From contig JABLTI010000010.1 in the NCBI GenBank assembly GCA_013166835.1, positions 1 through 49,540 on the forward strand: a stretch of DNA of 49,540 bases. The letters run 5' to 3'. The DNA comes from Promethearchaeati archaeon (GTDB lineage Archaea; Asgardarchaeota; Heimdallarchaeia; JABLTI01). The position numbers and the translations under genes were made by a program. Numbering within the stretch: position 1 is the first letter of the stretch; every line of letters begins with the position of its first letter. The notes below the pieces were generated by a model. That model made no database searches. It saw only the letters and a list, made by a program, of their open reading frames with translations, and was not told the origin of the DNA. Shown piece by piece: positions 9,106 to 18,877 of this stretch.

Positions 9106-9924
9106 ATGAATAAGAAATATTTCGATGCAAACAAAGAACTCTGGGATGAGTATTCAAAGCTACATTACGGAACAGAATCAGATGGATATAATGTAGAAGC
9201 ATTCGTGAAAGGAAAAACAACACTAAAACCATATGAATTAGAAGAAATGGGTGATGTGAAAGGAAAAACTTTGTTACATTTACAATGCCATTTTGGACTT
9301 GACACACTTTCATGGGCTAGAGAGGGAGCTATTGTAACTGGGATTGATTTCTCAAGTGAAGGAATAAAACTAGCAAAATTGCTTGCTAAAAGGGCTAATC
9401 TAAAAGGCGACTTCATTGAAACAAATCTCTATGATTTACCAAAAGTTCTCTCAAAGAAATTTGATATTGTTTATACTTCAATTGGAGTGCTTTGGTGGTT
9501 AAATGATTTAAAAGAATGGGGAAAAATCATAGCTAATTTTCTAAAACCAGGAGGGATCTTTTATATTGCTGAGATTCATCCATTCTCATCTGTTTTTGAT
9601 GATGAAACAAAAGATATCAAAGACCTACAAGTCTACTATAATTATTTTCATGACCCAAAGCCTTTGGAATTTACTGTTGATGGTTCTTATGCTTCGGGAG
9701 AAGAGAAGATGGAACCTAAGAAAGAGTATGGGTGGAATCACAGCATGTCGGAAATTATTAATTCCTTGATTGAAGCTGGTCTGACTATAGAATTTCTGAA
9801 TGAATATCCTTTCACAGTTTGGAAGCAATTACCATTTATGGAATGTGGCTCTGATGGTTATTATCGTTTAAAAGATCAAAAAGCGGAGATCCCTCTTCTG
9901 TTTACTTTGAAAGCTACAAAATAA
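9106..9924 (+). CDS. Class I SAM-dependent methyltransferase
   Basis: 'LLHLQCHFGLDTLSWAREGAIVTGIDFS', 'FDIVYTS', 'LKPGG'. Confidence 0.9.
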   Translation: MNKKYFDANKELWDEYSKLHYGTESDGYNVEAFVKGKTTLKPYELEEMGDVKGKTLLHLQCHFGLDTLSWAREGAIVTGIDFSSEGIKLAKLLAKRANLKGDFIETNLYDLPKVLSKKFDIVYTSIGVLWWLNDLKEWGKIIANFLKPGGIFYIAEIHPFSSVFDDETKDIKDLQVYYNYFHDPKPLEFTVDGSYASGEEKMEPKKEYGWNHSMSEIINSLIEAGLTIEFLNEYPFTVWKQLPFMECGSDGYYRLKDQKAEIPLLFTLKATK

Positions 9925-9930
9925 TTTATC

Positions 9931-9962
9931 TGGGGTTAATTTCATCCCCAAAAACTTTTTAT
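9931..9962 (+). terminator. Hairpin after the methyltransferase gene
   Basis: TGGGG..CCCCA stem, then an A-run and a T-run. Confidence 0.4.
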
Positions 9963-10109
9963 TTAGCTAGATTATTTTCTAAAGTTTGTAGCAAAGTACT
10001 GATAGATTAAACTCCTAGCTAATAATATGTGGATATTACAATCGTATCTATATACGAAATGCATATTGTTACTGGGTTAAATATCGATTAAGTTATAGGA
10101 GCGCGCATA

Positions 10110-10313
10110 TTGTCGAGTAGGAAAAATAGAGATGAGTTCAATAAAGAGATAGTTGATACACTGCAGAAAATAGTTCATCCAAAGCGATTAAATAGAATTT
10201 ACGATCGAGTTATTAATTTTCAAAAATCTCAGCAACACCTTGAACATCAGAAGTACGTTTTAGGAGTAATTCAAGAATATATTAAGGAAATTGATGGTTT
10301 TCTGCAAGAATAG
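10110..10313 (+). CDS. Small hypothetical helical protein
   Basis: TTG start with AGGAG upstream; 67 aa, amphipathic, occupies an otherwise empty gap. Confidence 0.55.
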   Translation: MSSRKNRDEFNKEIVDTLQKIVHPKRLNRIYDRVINFQKSQQHLEHQKYVLGVIQEYIKEIDGFLQE

Positions 10314-10328
10314 ATTCTGTGAGGACAT

Positions 10329-10751
10329 TTATTTCCATTCGAATCTATACCGTTTTCTATTGCTTAAAACACGCACTTCAGTGATTTCTAGTTTTATTAA
10401 ACCGAAATTTGGATCTGCTGGTTCTGTAAAGTAATCCTTAAAGAAAGATATTGCTTTTGAGAGTTTTTCTTTGGTTTTCAAGTCCTCAATAACATATGCT
10501 TTTCCTGTTGCTCTTATCATTCCTTTCAGTTTTTCTCGATCATTGAATGAAAATTCAAAGTTTGCATTTTCTTTTACTTGATCCATTTTTTCTTCATAAG
10601 ATCTACTTGTTAACCAGAATTCGTTATCACAATAAATAAGAGCCATTGGTCGAACTCTTGGTTGATTTTTTTCCACAGTAGAAAAGAAAACTAACGGCTT
10701 TTGTAAAAGGTGCTTTCTCACATCTTCAAATGTAAATTCTTGTTCAGTCAT
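10329..10751 (-). CDS. Pyridoxamine 5'-phosphate oxidase-like (FMN split-barrel) protein
   Basis: 'FSTVEKNQPRVRPM', 'KMDQVKENANFE', 'IRATGKA'. Start placed at ATG 10751 (MTEQEF) rather than 10811. Confidence 0.8.
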   Translation of the reverse strand: MTEQEFTFEDVRKHLLQKPLVFFSTVEKNQPRVRPMALIYCDNEFWLTSRSYEEKMDQVKENANFEFSFNDREKLKGMIRATGKAYVIEDLKTKEKLSKAISFFKDYFTEPADPNFGLIKLEITEVRVLSNRKRYRFEWK

Positions 10752-11060
10752 TTCTATCCCACAAACATTTGCTAAGTGTGTGATATAATTAAAATTAATA
10801 AGAATATACAAAAATCTAGATTAAATGTTTGATTCAGGGCAATTGATTTATTTCCTAAAGTAATTAATTCACTTTTTCTAAGTTTTTAATTAAGAATTTC
10901 TTTAAGTCATTTTAACCTTAGAGTACTTGTTGTTCACTTTCAACAATATAAGAACACTAGAAAATCCTTCATAAAATTAGTAGAATAGAATCATATCGAA
11001 CATACACTCCAGACTTCGTAAAAAATCTATAAAATGAGATTTATCTGGTGGATGGGAATG

Positions 11061-11084
11061 GAGAAGGACCCCCTCGTCCTTCTC
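11061..11084 (-). terminator. Perfect 9-bp hairpin immediately after the epimerase stop
   Basis: GAGAAGGAC-CCCCTC-GTCCTTCTC on the + strand; no immediate U-tract, so it may be a 3' stability element. Confidence 0.5.
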
Positions 11085-12158
11085 TTATTTGCCTGTTTTG
11101 CTTGGAATTGTATCGATTGGTTTAGTTTGGACACTTTTTGCTTTTGCCTTTTTGGTTTGTTTTGTGGTTTTCATATACTGTTTAACAGTTTTCAAATAAG
11201 CTCTATAATGAGGAGATAATCTGAGTAATTGATATCGTATTGCTGGTCTGAATATTCTTATGAAGATTTTTGCAAACGAATACCTTTTCTTTGTTTCTAG
11301 TACGTAATCAACATAGGAGTATCTTTGATATTTCAGAATTCTTTGGCTTTCGATTGTGTCCATATATCCACAGTGAAACGGTTCTTCACTGAATGCTTCT
11401 TCTGGTAAACTACCTATGCCCATTGCTTCTAACAAACGACCAACATATTCTGAATATGGAAGACGACAGCTTTCTCCTCCAGCAATATGCAAGATTTTAC
11501 CCCAAACTTCGGTGCTCTCTGAAGCATTTGCCATAGCTAAACCAGTGTCTTTTGTATGACACATTTCAATAGGGGTATCCAAAGGGACCTCATACATAAG
11601 TGGATCAATGCCTTGATCCATTGGTGGAATTGCTGCAAACCTAAAAATAGTCCAATTTAATCCCGATTCTCTTATCATTTTCTCACATCTAACCTTCATC
11701 CTTGCATATTCATCATGAGGACTAGGATTGAATTCGTCAGTGACTTTTATGACATAGTCACAGCCTTTATGTCTCACATCACCATATGTTGCGACAGAAG
11801 AACTAAAAATCAGTTTTGCTTTTCTTGGCATTTTCTTTATTGCATTAATGATGTTTCTTGTTCCACCAACATTTACGGGTTCAGCTAATTCGGGTCTTTC
11901 ATTAGCTAATGGGGGAATTATTGCTGCTAAATGAATTACAACATCAATTCCTTCTATAGCATCTACAACTTGTAAAGGATTTCTCAAATCTCCCCAAACA
12001 ATTTCTAACTTGTTACTAAACTTCTTGAACTTTCTTGCAGTGCGTTTATTCCTTCTTGTTGGAACATCAAAACATCTTACAATATGATCTCTTTTAACTA
12101 ATTCAGATAATGTACTTGAACCAACATTACCAAACGCGCCTGTGAGTAGTATTTTCAC
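11085..12158 (-). CDS. NAD-dependent epimerase/dehydratase (extended SDR, 3-beta-HSD-like)
   Basis: TGAFGNVG Rossmann motif, 'VIHLAA', 'NVGGT', 'SSSVATYG', YARMK (YxxxK); Lys-rich C-terminal tail. Confidence 0.9.
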   Translation of the reverse strand: MKILLTGAFGNVGSSTLSELVKRDHIVRCFDVPTRRNKRTARKFKKFSNKLEIVWGDLRNPLQVVDAIEGIDVVIHLAAIIPPLANERPELAEPVNVGGTRNIINAIKKMPRKAKLIFSSSVATYGDVRHKGCDYVIKVTDEFNPSPHDEYARMKVRCEKMIRESGLNWTIFRFAAIPPMDQGIDPLMYEVPLDTPIEMCHTKDTGLAMANASESTEVWGKILHIAGGESCRLPYSEYVGRLLEAMGIGSLPEEAFSEEPFHCGYMDTIESQRILKYQRYSYVDYVLETKKRYSFAKIFIRIFRPAIRYQLLRLSPHYRAYLKTVKQYMKTTKQTKKAKAKSVQTKPIDTIPSKTGK

Positions 12159-12159
12159 T

Positions 12160-12428
12160 TTTCATTTTTCTCCAATGCTTTTTTGATTCATTTTGAATCT
12201 CAGCACTATCTCACGTTTGTTCCTGTTTCTTCCGCAATGATCGGCGCTTGCAAACCAGATCAGGTCATTTCTGACAGTTGTTTTACGCTACCAGTATTGC
12301 TTGCCATTATAGAAAGAATCGGTACTTTATCCGATGTTATTATTTTTTAGCGGAATTCGATCGTTGGTAATGAGTAATTTGTAGAGGTTACTCGCAGAGG
12401 GTAAGTCCTGTCAAGTAAGACCTCTAAC
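12160..12428 (-). ncRNA. Candidate structured 5' leader / cis-regulatory RNA
   Basis: TTTAAATA TATA-like box near 12446-12453 on the minus strand, then several stems (see findings). Confidence 0.4.
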
Positions 12429-12559
12429 TATTTATTCTCTTGATGATATTTAAAGCTTTACAAACATGTAATAATTCTGTTGACAACGATTAGAAGGTTA
12501 ATTTCTTATCGAAAGAACATATTTATTGCTAAGAATACTGCAGTTAACTGGGTATTGTT

Positions 12560-13456
12560 ATGAAAATTACTGAAGTAGGCAAAAGAGGTATTGTTTTTAC
12601 ATTTGATGACCTCACGACAGAAGAGATGGAAGCACCAACAAATGTCTTTGTGATTATTGGTGAAAAGTATGTTTTCATCTGTGATACTTTTCTTGGACCA
12701 GGATCAATGGTAGGGGTCAAGGAGTATCTAAAGAAATATTCTGATAAAACTATCATTATTTTTAACTCCCACTACGATTGGGATCATCATTGGGGCAACT
12801 GTGCTTTTCCGGATGTAAGAATTTACTCTCATCATTTGACTCGAGATAAGATACTAGAGGAAGGAGAAAAGGGCCTTGAGACTTACAAGAAGTTTCAAAG
12901 AGGAGTGATTACAATTACTCCACCAAATACAGTATTCTATAATGCAATGTCTTTCATTGATGAAAAAGTGGACATTTTTCATTCTCCAGGACATACCGAG
13001 GATTCTAGTTCTTGCTTCGATTTAGAAAGCAATGTTTTGTTCGTAGGAGATAATGTTGAAGACCCTATTCCATACATTCGCTCAGATCTTGACGGTGTTG
13101 CTGAATATGTTGAAACGTTGGAATTATATTACATGCTTGAATTTGATAAACTCATACCAGGTCATGGTCCAATAGCAGATAAGAAGCTGTTAAAACAAAA
13201 TCTAGATTATCTCAAGCATTTTCCAGAGTTAGAGAAACCAATTGATGTGAAGAAATTAGGCAAACCATACTATCACATTCATTTGCATAATTTATCGACT
13301 TTAGCAGAAGAATTGAGTAAGAAAGAACAATATGAAGATGCTATAAAGTATTATCAACAAGTTGTCGAACATGGCAAGAAGTTTGAATTAATAAAGGCCG
13401 ATAGCATTAAAAGAGTCAAAGGAAAAATTGAAGAAATAAAGAAGGCAATGTCTTAG
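12560..13456 (+). CDS. Metallo-beta-lactamase fold hydrolase with C-terminal TPR-like helices
   Basis: 'SHYDWDHHWGN', 'SPGHT', 'FVGD', 'IPGHG'; tail 'LSTLAEELSKKEQYEDAIKYYQQVVE'. Confidence 0.85.
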   Translation: MKITEVGKRGIVFTFDDLTTEEMEAPTNVFVIIGEKYVFICDTFLGPGSMVGVKEYLKKYSDKTIIIFNSHYDWDHHWGNCAFPDVRIYSHHLTRDKILEEGEKGLETYKKFQRGVITITPPNTVFYNAMSFIDEKVDIFHSPGHTEDSSSCFDLESNVLFVGDNVEDPIPYIRSDLDGVAEYVETLELYYMLEFDKLIPGHGPIADKKLLKQNLDYLKHFPELEKPIDVKKLGKPYYHIHLHNLSTLAEELSKKEQYEDAIKYYQQVVEHGKKFELIKADSIKRVKGKIEEIKKAMS

Positions 13457-13947
13457 TCTTCTTTAGTAAATCTGCTATCGGATTTGGTTTTTTCATATTC
13501 TCGTTTTTCATACCAACCACTTTTGGCATTTCGAAAACAATCGAATTCCTGGAAATACGGTTTTACATCGAGTAAGGGAGTTTCATCAAGCATATCAACT
13601 CCTTTCACTTCTAATTTTACTTCATTCTTAAATGAAACAATATCTATTAATTCTACAACTGATATACCAATAGGATTCGGTCTATTTGGTGCGCGAACAG
13701 CGAATAAACCCATTATCTCTTCGCTTAGAAATGGTTTTACGAGTAATTCGAAATCTTTGCTTTTGTGGAAATGATAAATTAGAATTATATGAGAGAAATC
13801 CACAATTCCTTTGAGACCATTCATATATTTAAGCGGTAATACTACGGATCCTTCAGCTTCAGAGAATTTAGATTGAATAGGCATTCCTTCAACCGTCTTG
13901 AAAGGTGTCCTAATAACGCCAATTGGTTTGTAAACAATATCTTTCAT
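13453..13947 (-). CDS. tsaA: tRNA m6t6A37 methyltransferase TrmO/TsaA family
   Basis: 'KPIGVIRTPF', 'FSHIILIYHFH', 'GLFAVRAPNRPNPIGIS', 'GVDMLDETPLLDVKPY'. Confidence 0.92.
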   Translation of the reverse strand: MKDIVYKPIGVIRTPFKTVEGMPIQSKFSEAEGSVVLPLKYMNGLKGIVDFSHIILIYHFHKSKDFELLVKPFLSEEIMGLFAVRAPNRPNPIGISVVELIDIVSFKNEVKLEVKGVDMLDETPLLDVKPYFQEFDCFRNAKSGWYEKREYEKTKSDSRFTKED

Positions 13948-14056
13948 TTTTATCCCTACAAATTCTACTATTACTACATAGAATACCCAGTATTTGGATA
14001 TTTTTAATATTCATGTATGAAATATATAATAATTATCAAGAATAACTTATCGGGGA

Positions 14057-14662
14057 ATGCAATTGAAGAGAGAAATGCTAGTAATTTCGTTGACAAGCAT
14101 CTTAATTTTATCTTTGACAATAACTCTTCAAAGCCTTGTTATTTTTGAGCTTGGTAAAAAAAGTGGATTAGTGTTTGCTGATGAAGATGTTATCATAACA
14201 GTAAATGAAACCATTGCGAGTTTTTATGCAAGATATGCTGTAAAGAATTATGATGAAGTAACCAACTATTGGATTGCTTTACCTTTTGCATTAAAACCTT
14301 GGGATGTAAATTTAACAATTAATAATATCCCTTCTGATTTTTACTGGACGGTTTCTTATGTGGATTCTGAACCTTTACCTTTCGAAGCTATTAGATTTAA
14401 AGTACAAATTGAGAAAAACCAGAAATTGGATATAGAAGTTAATTATTTCAGGAATTTTGAGATTGTTGAAGAAAATAGTACAGAATATGGCTTGTTCAAG
14501 TATATAGTGGGATCAACAAAGAGTTGGAGTCAACCACTGGATTTTGCTTATTTTGAATTCTGGCAGGTAAAAAACTCAATAGAAACACTACTCGAAACAA
14601 GAGATTATTATAACTGGATGCCAGAAGAAACGTTTCTTTATTTTTACTTTAATATCATTTAA
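14057..14662 (+). CDS. Secreted or membrane-anchored beta-rich hypothetical protein
   Basis: N-terminal hydrophobic segment; 'FKYIVGSTKSWSQPLDFA' resembles DUF4424-like proteins (weak). Confidence 0.6.
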   Translation: MQLKREMLVISLTSILILSLTITLQSLVIFELGKKSGLVFADEDVIITVNETIASFYARYAVKNYDEVTNYWIALPFALKPWDVNLTINNIPSDFYWTVSYVDSEPLPFEAIRFKVQIEKNQKLDIEVNYFRNFEIVEENSTEYGLFKYIVGSTKSWSQPLDFAYFEFWQVKNSIETLLETRDYYNWMPEETFLYFYFNII

Positions 14663-14724
14663 GAGATAATACCTTAATGTAAAAAAAAGGCAATATAAAT
14701 GGGGTTGCTTGGAGATAAAGAATA

Positions 14725-15990
14725 ATGTCCAAGAAGGTTTATTCTGTACTAGTAATTGGAATTATCATTACATCTTTCTTAGTTTTATCAAATGAGAAGA
14801 TTAATTCAAAAGCATTTGTCGATGAAAATAATGAGACAGAAATATCCCCACAAAATATTATGTTTCCCATCTACAGATACTATGATGTAGCAGTTGGAAA
14901 AACATATGGTACAAGTTATACATTTCTTCTACTAATTAGTGGAATTGAGGTTTGGCCCGAAGGAACATTTTATTGTGAAAATACTTACATAGGAAATGAA
15001 ACTTACAATAAATTACTTTTTAATAATTCATTTCTCTATATTCTGACTCTAAGCGGATTTCAAATTCTTAATTTTAGTGATTCATTTCATATGCAATTAC
15101 AATCCGATTATAATGTAAATTCAACTAAAACTGTATTATCTAATAGCTTCTTCTTAAATGGAACTTATCTTTATTTAACATATTTAGAAACTGTTACTAG
15201 GGAATTCTATCTCGAAGTAATTAATGTTGAAAATAAAACAAATCCAATATTAGAAACAAAGTATAAAATAGAGGAAAAAATGGGTGACTTCTATTCAATA
15301 TCAGTACAAAATCAGTATGTATATTTATTATATGAGCATGGACTTTTTTTCTACAATTTTGAGAATTTTTCAAACCCACTTTACATTTCTTATTTTAATA
15401 TGAGTATAAGTGGTATTAGTAATCCTTTCTATTCTATAACATTCAAAGATAATTATACCTTAATTGGTTCACAAAATGGCTTAGTTATTTTAGATTTAAG
15501 CAATATCTCAGATGTTACACTGCATAGACATTTTACAGATGAGAAATTTTATTATATAAATGAAATTTTCTTGGGAGAAGAATATGTCTTTATAACAACA
15601 TCATATGGAAAAAATATAATAGCAATAGATATGGATAATTTTCAAGATTTTGAGATTCTCTCAGTATTTACACCTAAGGTACCATTTGCTAGAAGTGTAT
15701 ATTCATTTTTTAAAATAGTAGAGAGTGATCTCTCTAGCAATATGATTCATGCTATTAGAACTGCAGATTATGCTGAAAGGTGCTATTATGAAATATCATT
15801 TAAAAATCCAAATAAACCAGAACAGTTGTTCCCAGGGGGGTACCTGTTTTTTGATTCTGATATTAATGAATTAATTCTAAAATCCTGTTTGATAACAGGA
15901 TTACCAATTACAGTAGCTTTAATTTTGATAACAGTTTTTATGCGCAGAAAAATCAGGAAGTTAGGAAAACAAATTTCTGAATCAAACTAA
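14725..15990 (+). CDS. Cell-surface LVIVD-repeat (beta-propeller) protein with C-terminal TM anchor
   Basis: Signal peptide; repeats 'LEVINVENKTNP', 'GLVILDLSNISD'; C-terminal TM then RRKIRK. Confidence 0.7.
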   Translation: MSKKVYSVLVIGIIITSFLVLSNEKINSKAFVDENNETEISPQNIMFPIYRYYDVAVGKTYGTSYTFLLLISGIEVWPEGTFYCENTYIGNETYNKLLFNNSFLYILTLSGFQILNFSDSFHMQLQSDYNVNSTKTVLSNSFFLNGTYLYLTYLETVTREFYLEVINVENKTNPILETKYKIEEKMGDFYSISVQNQYVYLLYEHGLFFYNFENFSNPLYISYFNMSISGISNPFYSITFKDNYTLIGSQNGLVILDLSNISDVTLHRHFTDEKFYYINEIFLGEEYVFITTSYGKNIIAIDMDNFQDFEILSVFTPKVPFARSVYSFFKIVESDLSSNMIHAIRTADYAERCYYEISFKNPNKPEQLFPGGYLFFDSDINELILKSCLITGLPITVALILITVFMRRKIRKLGKQISESN

Positions 15991-16077
15991 AAATCCATTA
16001 GAAATCTCAAATTTTCTCTCAACTTTACTGTTCAAAAGGACAAGAATTATTTATAGGGAAAATTACATCATTCTGCT

Positions 16078-17880
16078 ATGAACCAGCAAAGGTTTCCATA
16101 CGGCAAATCTACTTTGATTAGTATTGGCTATATGACAAACAACCTTACATGGTCAGTATATAATGCATTTGTTCCGCTTTTTCTAATCTCCAATTTTTGT
16201 GTTCTCTTAGGAGAAAATGCAAAAGTAATAAACACATTAGTAGGATTAGTAATGATTTTAGATAATATTGCTGCCGTTCTCATTCAACCATATATTGGGG
16301 CTAGATCAGATAGAACATGGGTTAAGAATCTAGGTCGAAGAATGCCATTTGTTATAATTGGAATCCCTTTAGCTGCGTTTTTCTTTGGATTTATTGGTTC
16401 ATTTTGGTCAACACTATGGGTTCTGCTTATAGCAGTTACTGGATTTAACATAAGCATGGCCTTTTACAAATCCCCGGTTATGAGTTTAATGCCAGACACG
16501 CTTCCTCGAGAATATCGTAGTCAAGGTTCGGGTGTTCTTAATGTTGTGGGAAGTATTGGAAGTATATCAGGACTAGTAATTGTTTCAACTCTAATAAAAG
16601 CGGGAAGAACTCCTCTTGCATTTTGGTTATTATCTATTTTAATGATAGTTTGCTTGGCAATTCTTTATTTCAACATCAAAGAGAAAAAAGATGTTGAGAT
16701 TGAGGAACGTGAAGAAAGACTTGGTATTTTTTCATCTTTTAAAACACTATTCAAGGAGAAAAATAAAGTTCTTATTCTTTTGCTTTTTTCAATGTTCTTT
16801 CATACTGCGGGATATAATGTTGTTGAGACGTTTATTTCACCATATATTCAATATGTTCTGAATCCCGATAGCTATTCTGAGGTAGGAAAAGTCTGTGACA
16901 TAGTAGTAGAGGGTGCTACGGGAGGGTATATCCTCGCAGCGTTTGTTGCTTTTTCTGTTCTTATGGCTTTGCCTGCAGGATTAGTTGGTAGAAGAATAGG
17001 AGCTTTAAATGCCTGTTTATTAGGACTTATGGGATTTATTGTTGCAGTCATTCCAATTACCATTATTAGTGTAACAAGTTTAGATGCCTTAAGAGACATT
17101 CTAACTTTTAGTACATCATCAACATCCCAATTTGGACCAGTAACAATAGTTTATATCGGATTAGTTATTTTGCTAGCTTTTAGTTGGTTAACGCTTTCCA
17201 TTAATTCAATTGTTGTTGTTTGGAATTTCGCTCCAAGAAATAAAACCGCAACATATACAAGTTATTACTACGCTTTTCATCATCTGGCTGCAATAGTTAG
17301 TCCATTCCTAGCTGGTGGGATTTTTGATTTATTTCAGTTATATTTTAAAAGAAAAGGATGGAACGTTCCTGGCATTCGAGTACTCTTTATTTACGTCTCT
17401 TTTTGTTTTGTTATAGCATTAATTCTGTTATCAATAGTAAAGGTTCTTCGAACAAAAGAACTACGTGAAATAAAAGACACAGATGAATACGTCTTAAAAA
17501 GATTCGAAGAGAAAGAATATCCATTACTATTCTTACCAATGCTTCTTTTTGGTGTAGGTCTTCGACAAGAAAAGGCTTTGATCGACTTAAGGAAAGAGCA
17601 GAATCGAGAACGTCGAGAACTAAAACGTGAAATAAGAAAGCTAAAGAGATTGCGTAGAAAATTAAAATCAGATGTTATTTTAGGTGATTATCAAGATATA
17701 GATGAGGAACATCGATTAGCTATTATTGAGCATCTAGAATCAGGAAAAGAACTAAGAAGAGAACATCGAGAAAAGAGAAAAGAATTGAGAGATGAAATCA
17801 TTAAAGAGAAAATTAAGAAAAAATTAGAAGAAGAAAGTGATCAATCAGAGTCTAAGAAAACAAAAAAAGATGATAAATAA
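16078..17880 (+). CDS. MFS transporter (GPH/SLC45 maltose-sucrose-like) with long C-terminal charged coiled coil
   Basis: 'QPYIGARSDRT..LGRRMPF', 'LMPD..P..RSQG'; about 12 TMs; K/E/R-rich tail. Confidence 0.88.
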   Translation: MNQQRFPYGKSTLISIGYMTNNLTWSVYNAFVPLFLISNFCVLLGENAKVINTLVGLVMILDNIAAVLIQPYIGARSDRTWVKNLGRRMPFVIIGIPLAAFFFGFIGSFWSTLWVLLIAVTGFNISMAFYKSPVMSLMPDTLPREYRSQGSGVLNVVGSIGSISGLVIVSTLIKAGRTPLAFWLLSILMIVCLAILYFNIKEKKDVEIEEREERLGIFSSFKTLFKEKNKVLILLLFSMFFHTAGYNVVETFISPYIQYVLNPDSYSEVGKVCDIVVEGATGGYILAAFVAFSVLMALPAGLVGRRIGALNACLLGLMGFIVAVIPITIISVTSLDALRDILTFSTSSTSQFGPVTIVYIGLVILLAFSWLTLSINSIVVVWNFAPRNKTATYTSYYYAFHHLAAIVSPFLAGGIFDLFQLYFKRKGWNVPGIRVLFIYVSFCFVIALILLSIVKVLRTKELREIKDTDEYVLKRFEEKEYPLLFLPMLLFGVGLRQEKALIDLRKEQNRERRELKREIRKLKRLRRKLKSDVILGDYQDIDEEHRLAIIEHLESGKELRREHREKRKELRDEIIKEKIKKKLEEESDQSESKKTKKDDK

Positions 17881-17889
17881 GAATTTTAG

Positions 17890-18672
17890 TTATTTACGTC
17901 CTATACAGAATAAAATAGATGCTGGAGCAGATCCATATTTCAGTATATTTTGTTTAATAATTTCTTTTCTTTCCAATATCCTTTCAAACTCAGAAGATTC
18001 TTTTAATTGGACAATATCTTCTTCAATTTCCTTTATTGCAAAATTAATTAAATCTTCATTTAATGGATCTTCACATTGTTGATTATCTGAACAGAAAAAG
18101 CATTTAACATATCGTGATGATTCATATACTTTGAATTCTCGTAAATTTAATTCCTCAATTATTCCCATAATTGTCTTTTTAGTGTAAGTTTTTTGGTGAT
18201 AAATACCCAACACATTATCAATTTCAGCTCCTAAAGTATGTGAGTCAATGTCAGTTTTTTGAGCTTCAGTTTGATCCCCATCACAAAACATTTCTTGAAT
18301 AATGAAGTAGCCACCTGGTTTCAAAACTCGTTTCATTTCAGCTAAAACCTCATTCATGTTTTCTAAATGATGAAGAGAATTTGCTAAACTAACAAAATCG
18401 AATTTATTATCATCAAATTTTAATTTTTCAGCATTCATTAGATGAATCTTGATAGATTTTCCCGCAAGATTTTTCTTTGCTTTTTTTATTTCTTTTTTGT
18501 TTGAATCAATTCCAGTAAAAGACTCATAATCCTTTAATGCATCAATTAACATTGCAATGAAATCACCATCACCAGAAGCTACATCTAAAACATTGCCACC
18601 TGAAATGGTTTTCATTATTTTAGCAATTTCAACTGCTCCAGATTTTAATAGATTTGAAGGAACTACTCCCAT
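17890..18672 (-). CDS. Class I SAM-dependent methyltransferase (UbiE-like)
   Basis: 'VLDVASGDG', 'FDFVS', 'LHHL', 'RVLKPGG'. Confidence 0.88.
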   Translation of the reverse strand: MGVVPSNLLKSGAVEIAKIMKTISGGNVLDVASGDGDFIAMLIDALKDYESFTGIDSNKKEIKKAKKNLAGKSIKIHLMNAEKLKFDDNKFDFVSLANSLHHLENMNEVLAEMKRVLKPGGYFIIQEMFCDGDQTEAQKTDIDSHTLGAEIDNVLGIYHQKTYTKKTIMGIIEELNLREFKVYESSRYVKCFFCSDNQQCEDPLNEDLINFAIKEIEEDIVQLKESSEFERILERKEIIKQNILKYGSAPASILFCIGRK

Positions 18673-18877
18673 CTTGAAACCTCATAGATCATTATCTAGA
18701 TATGAAATAAAAAACTTAATACAAATCTATTAAATTAATTTTGAAATTTAATTATTTTATTAAGCTATTGTCAAGATTTTGATGATGTTACTGAGAGAGA
18801 AAAAAATCAATAAGAATTACTACCTTTAAATAACTAGTTGTAAAAAGTATCATAGATGTTATTTTGATGTTTGAGTA

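Noticed and set aside
12206-12307. Minus-strand mini-ORF MASNTGSVKQLSEMT-TGA-SGLQAPIIAEETGTNVR as a selenopeptide or leader peptide
   Set aside because: No RBS, no redox-motif context and no recognisable SECIS; an in-frame TGA in a short ORF is expected by chance.
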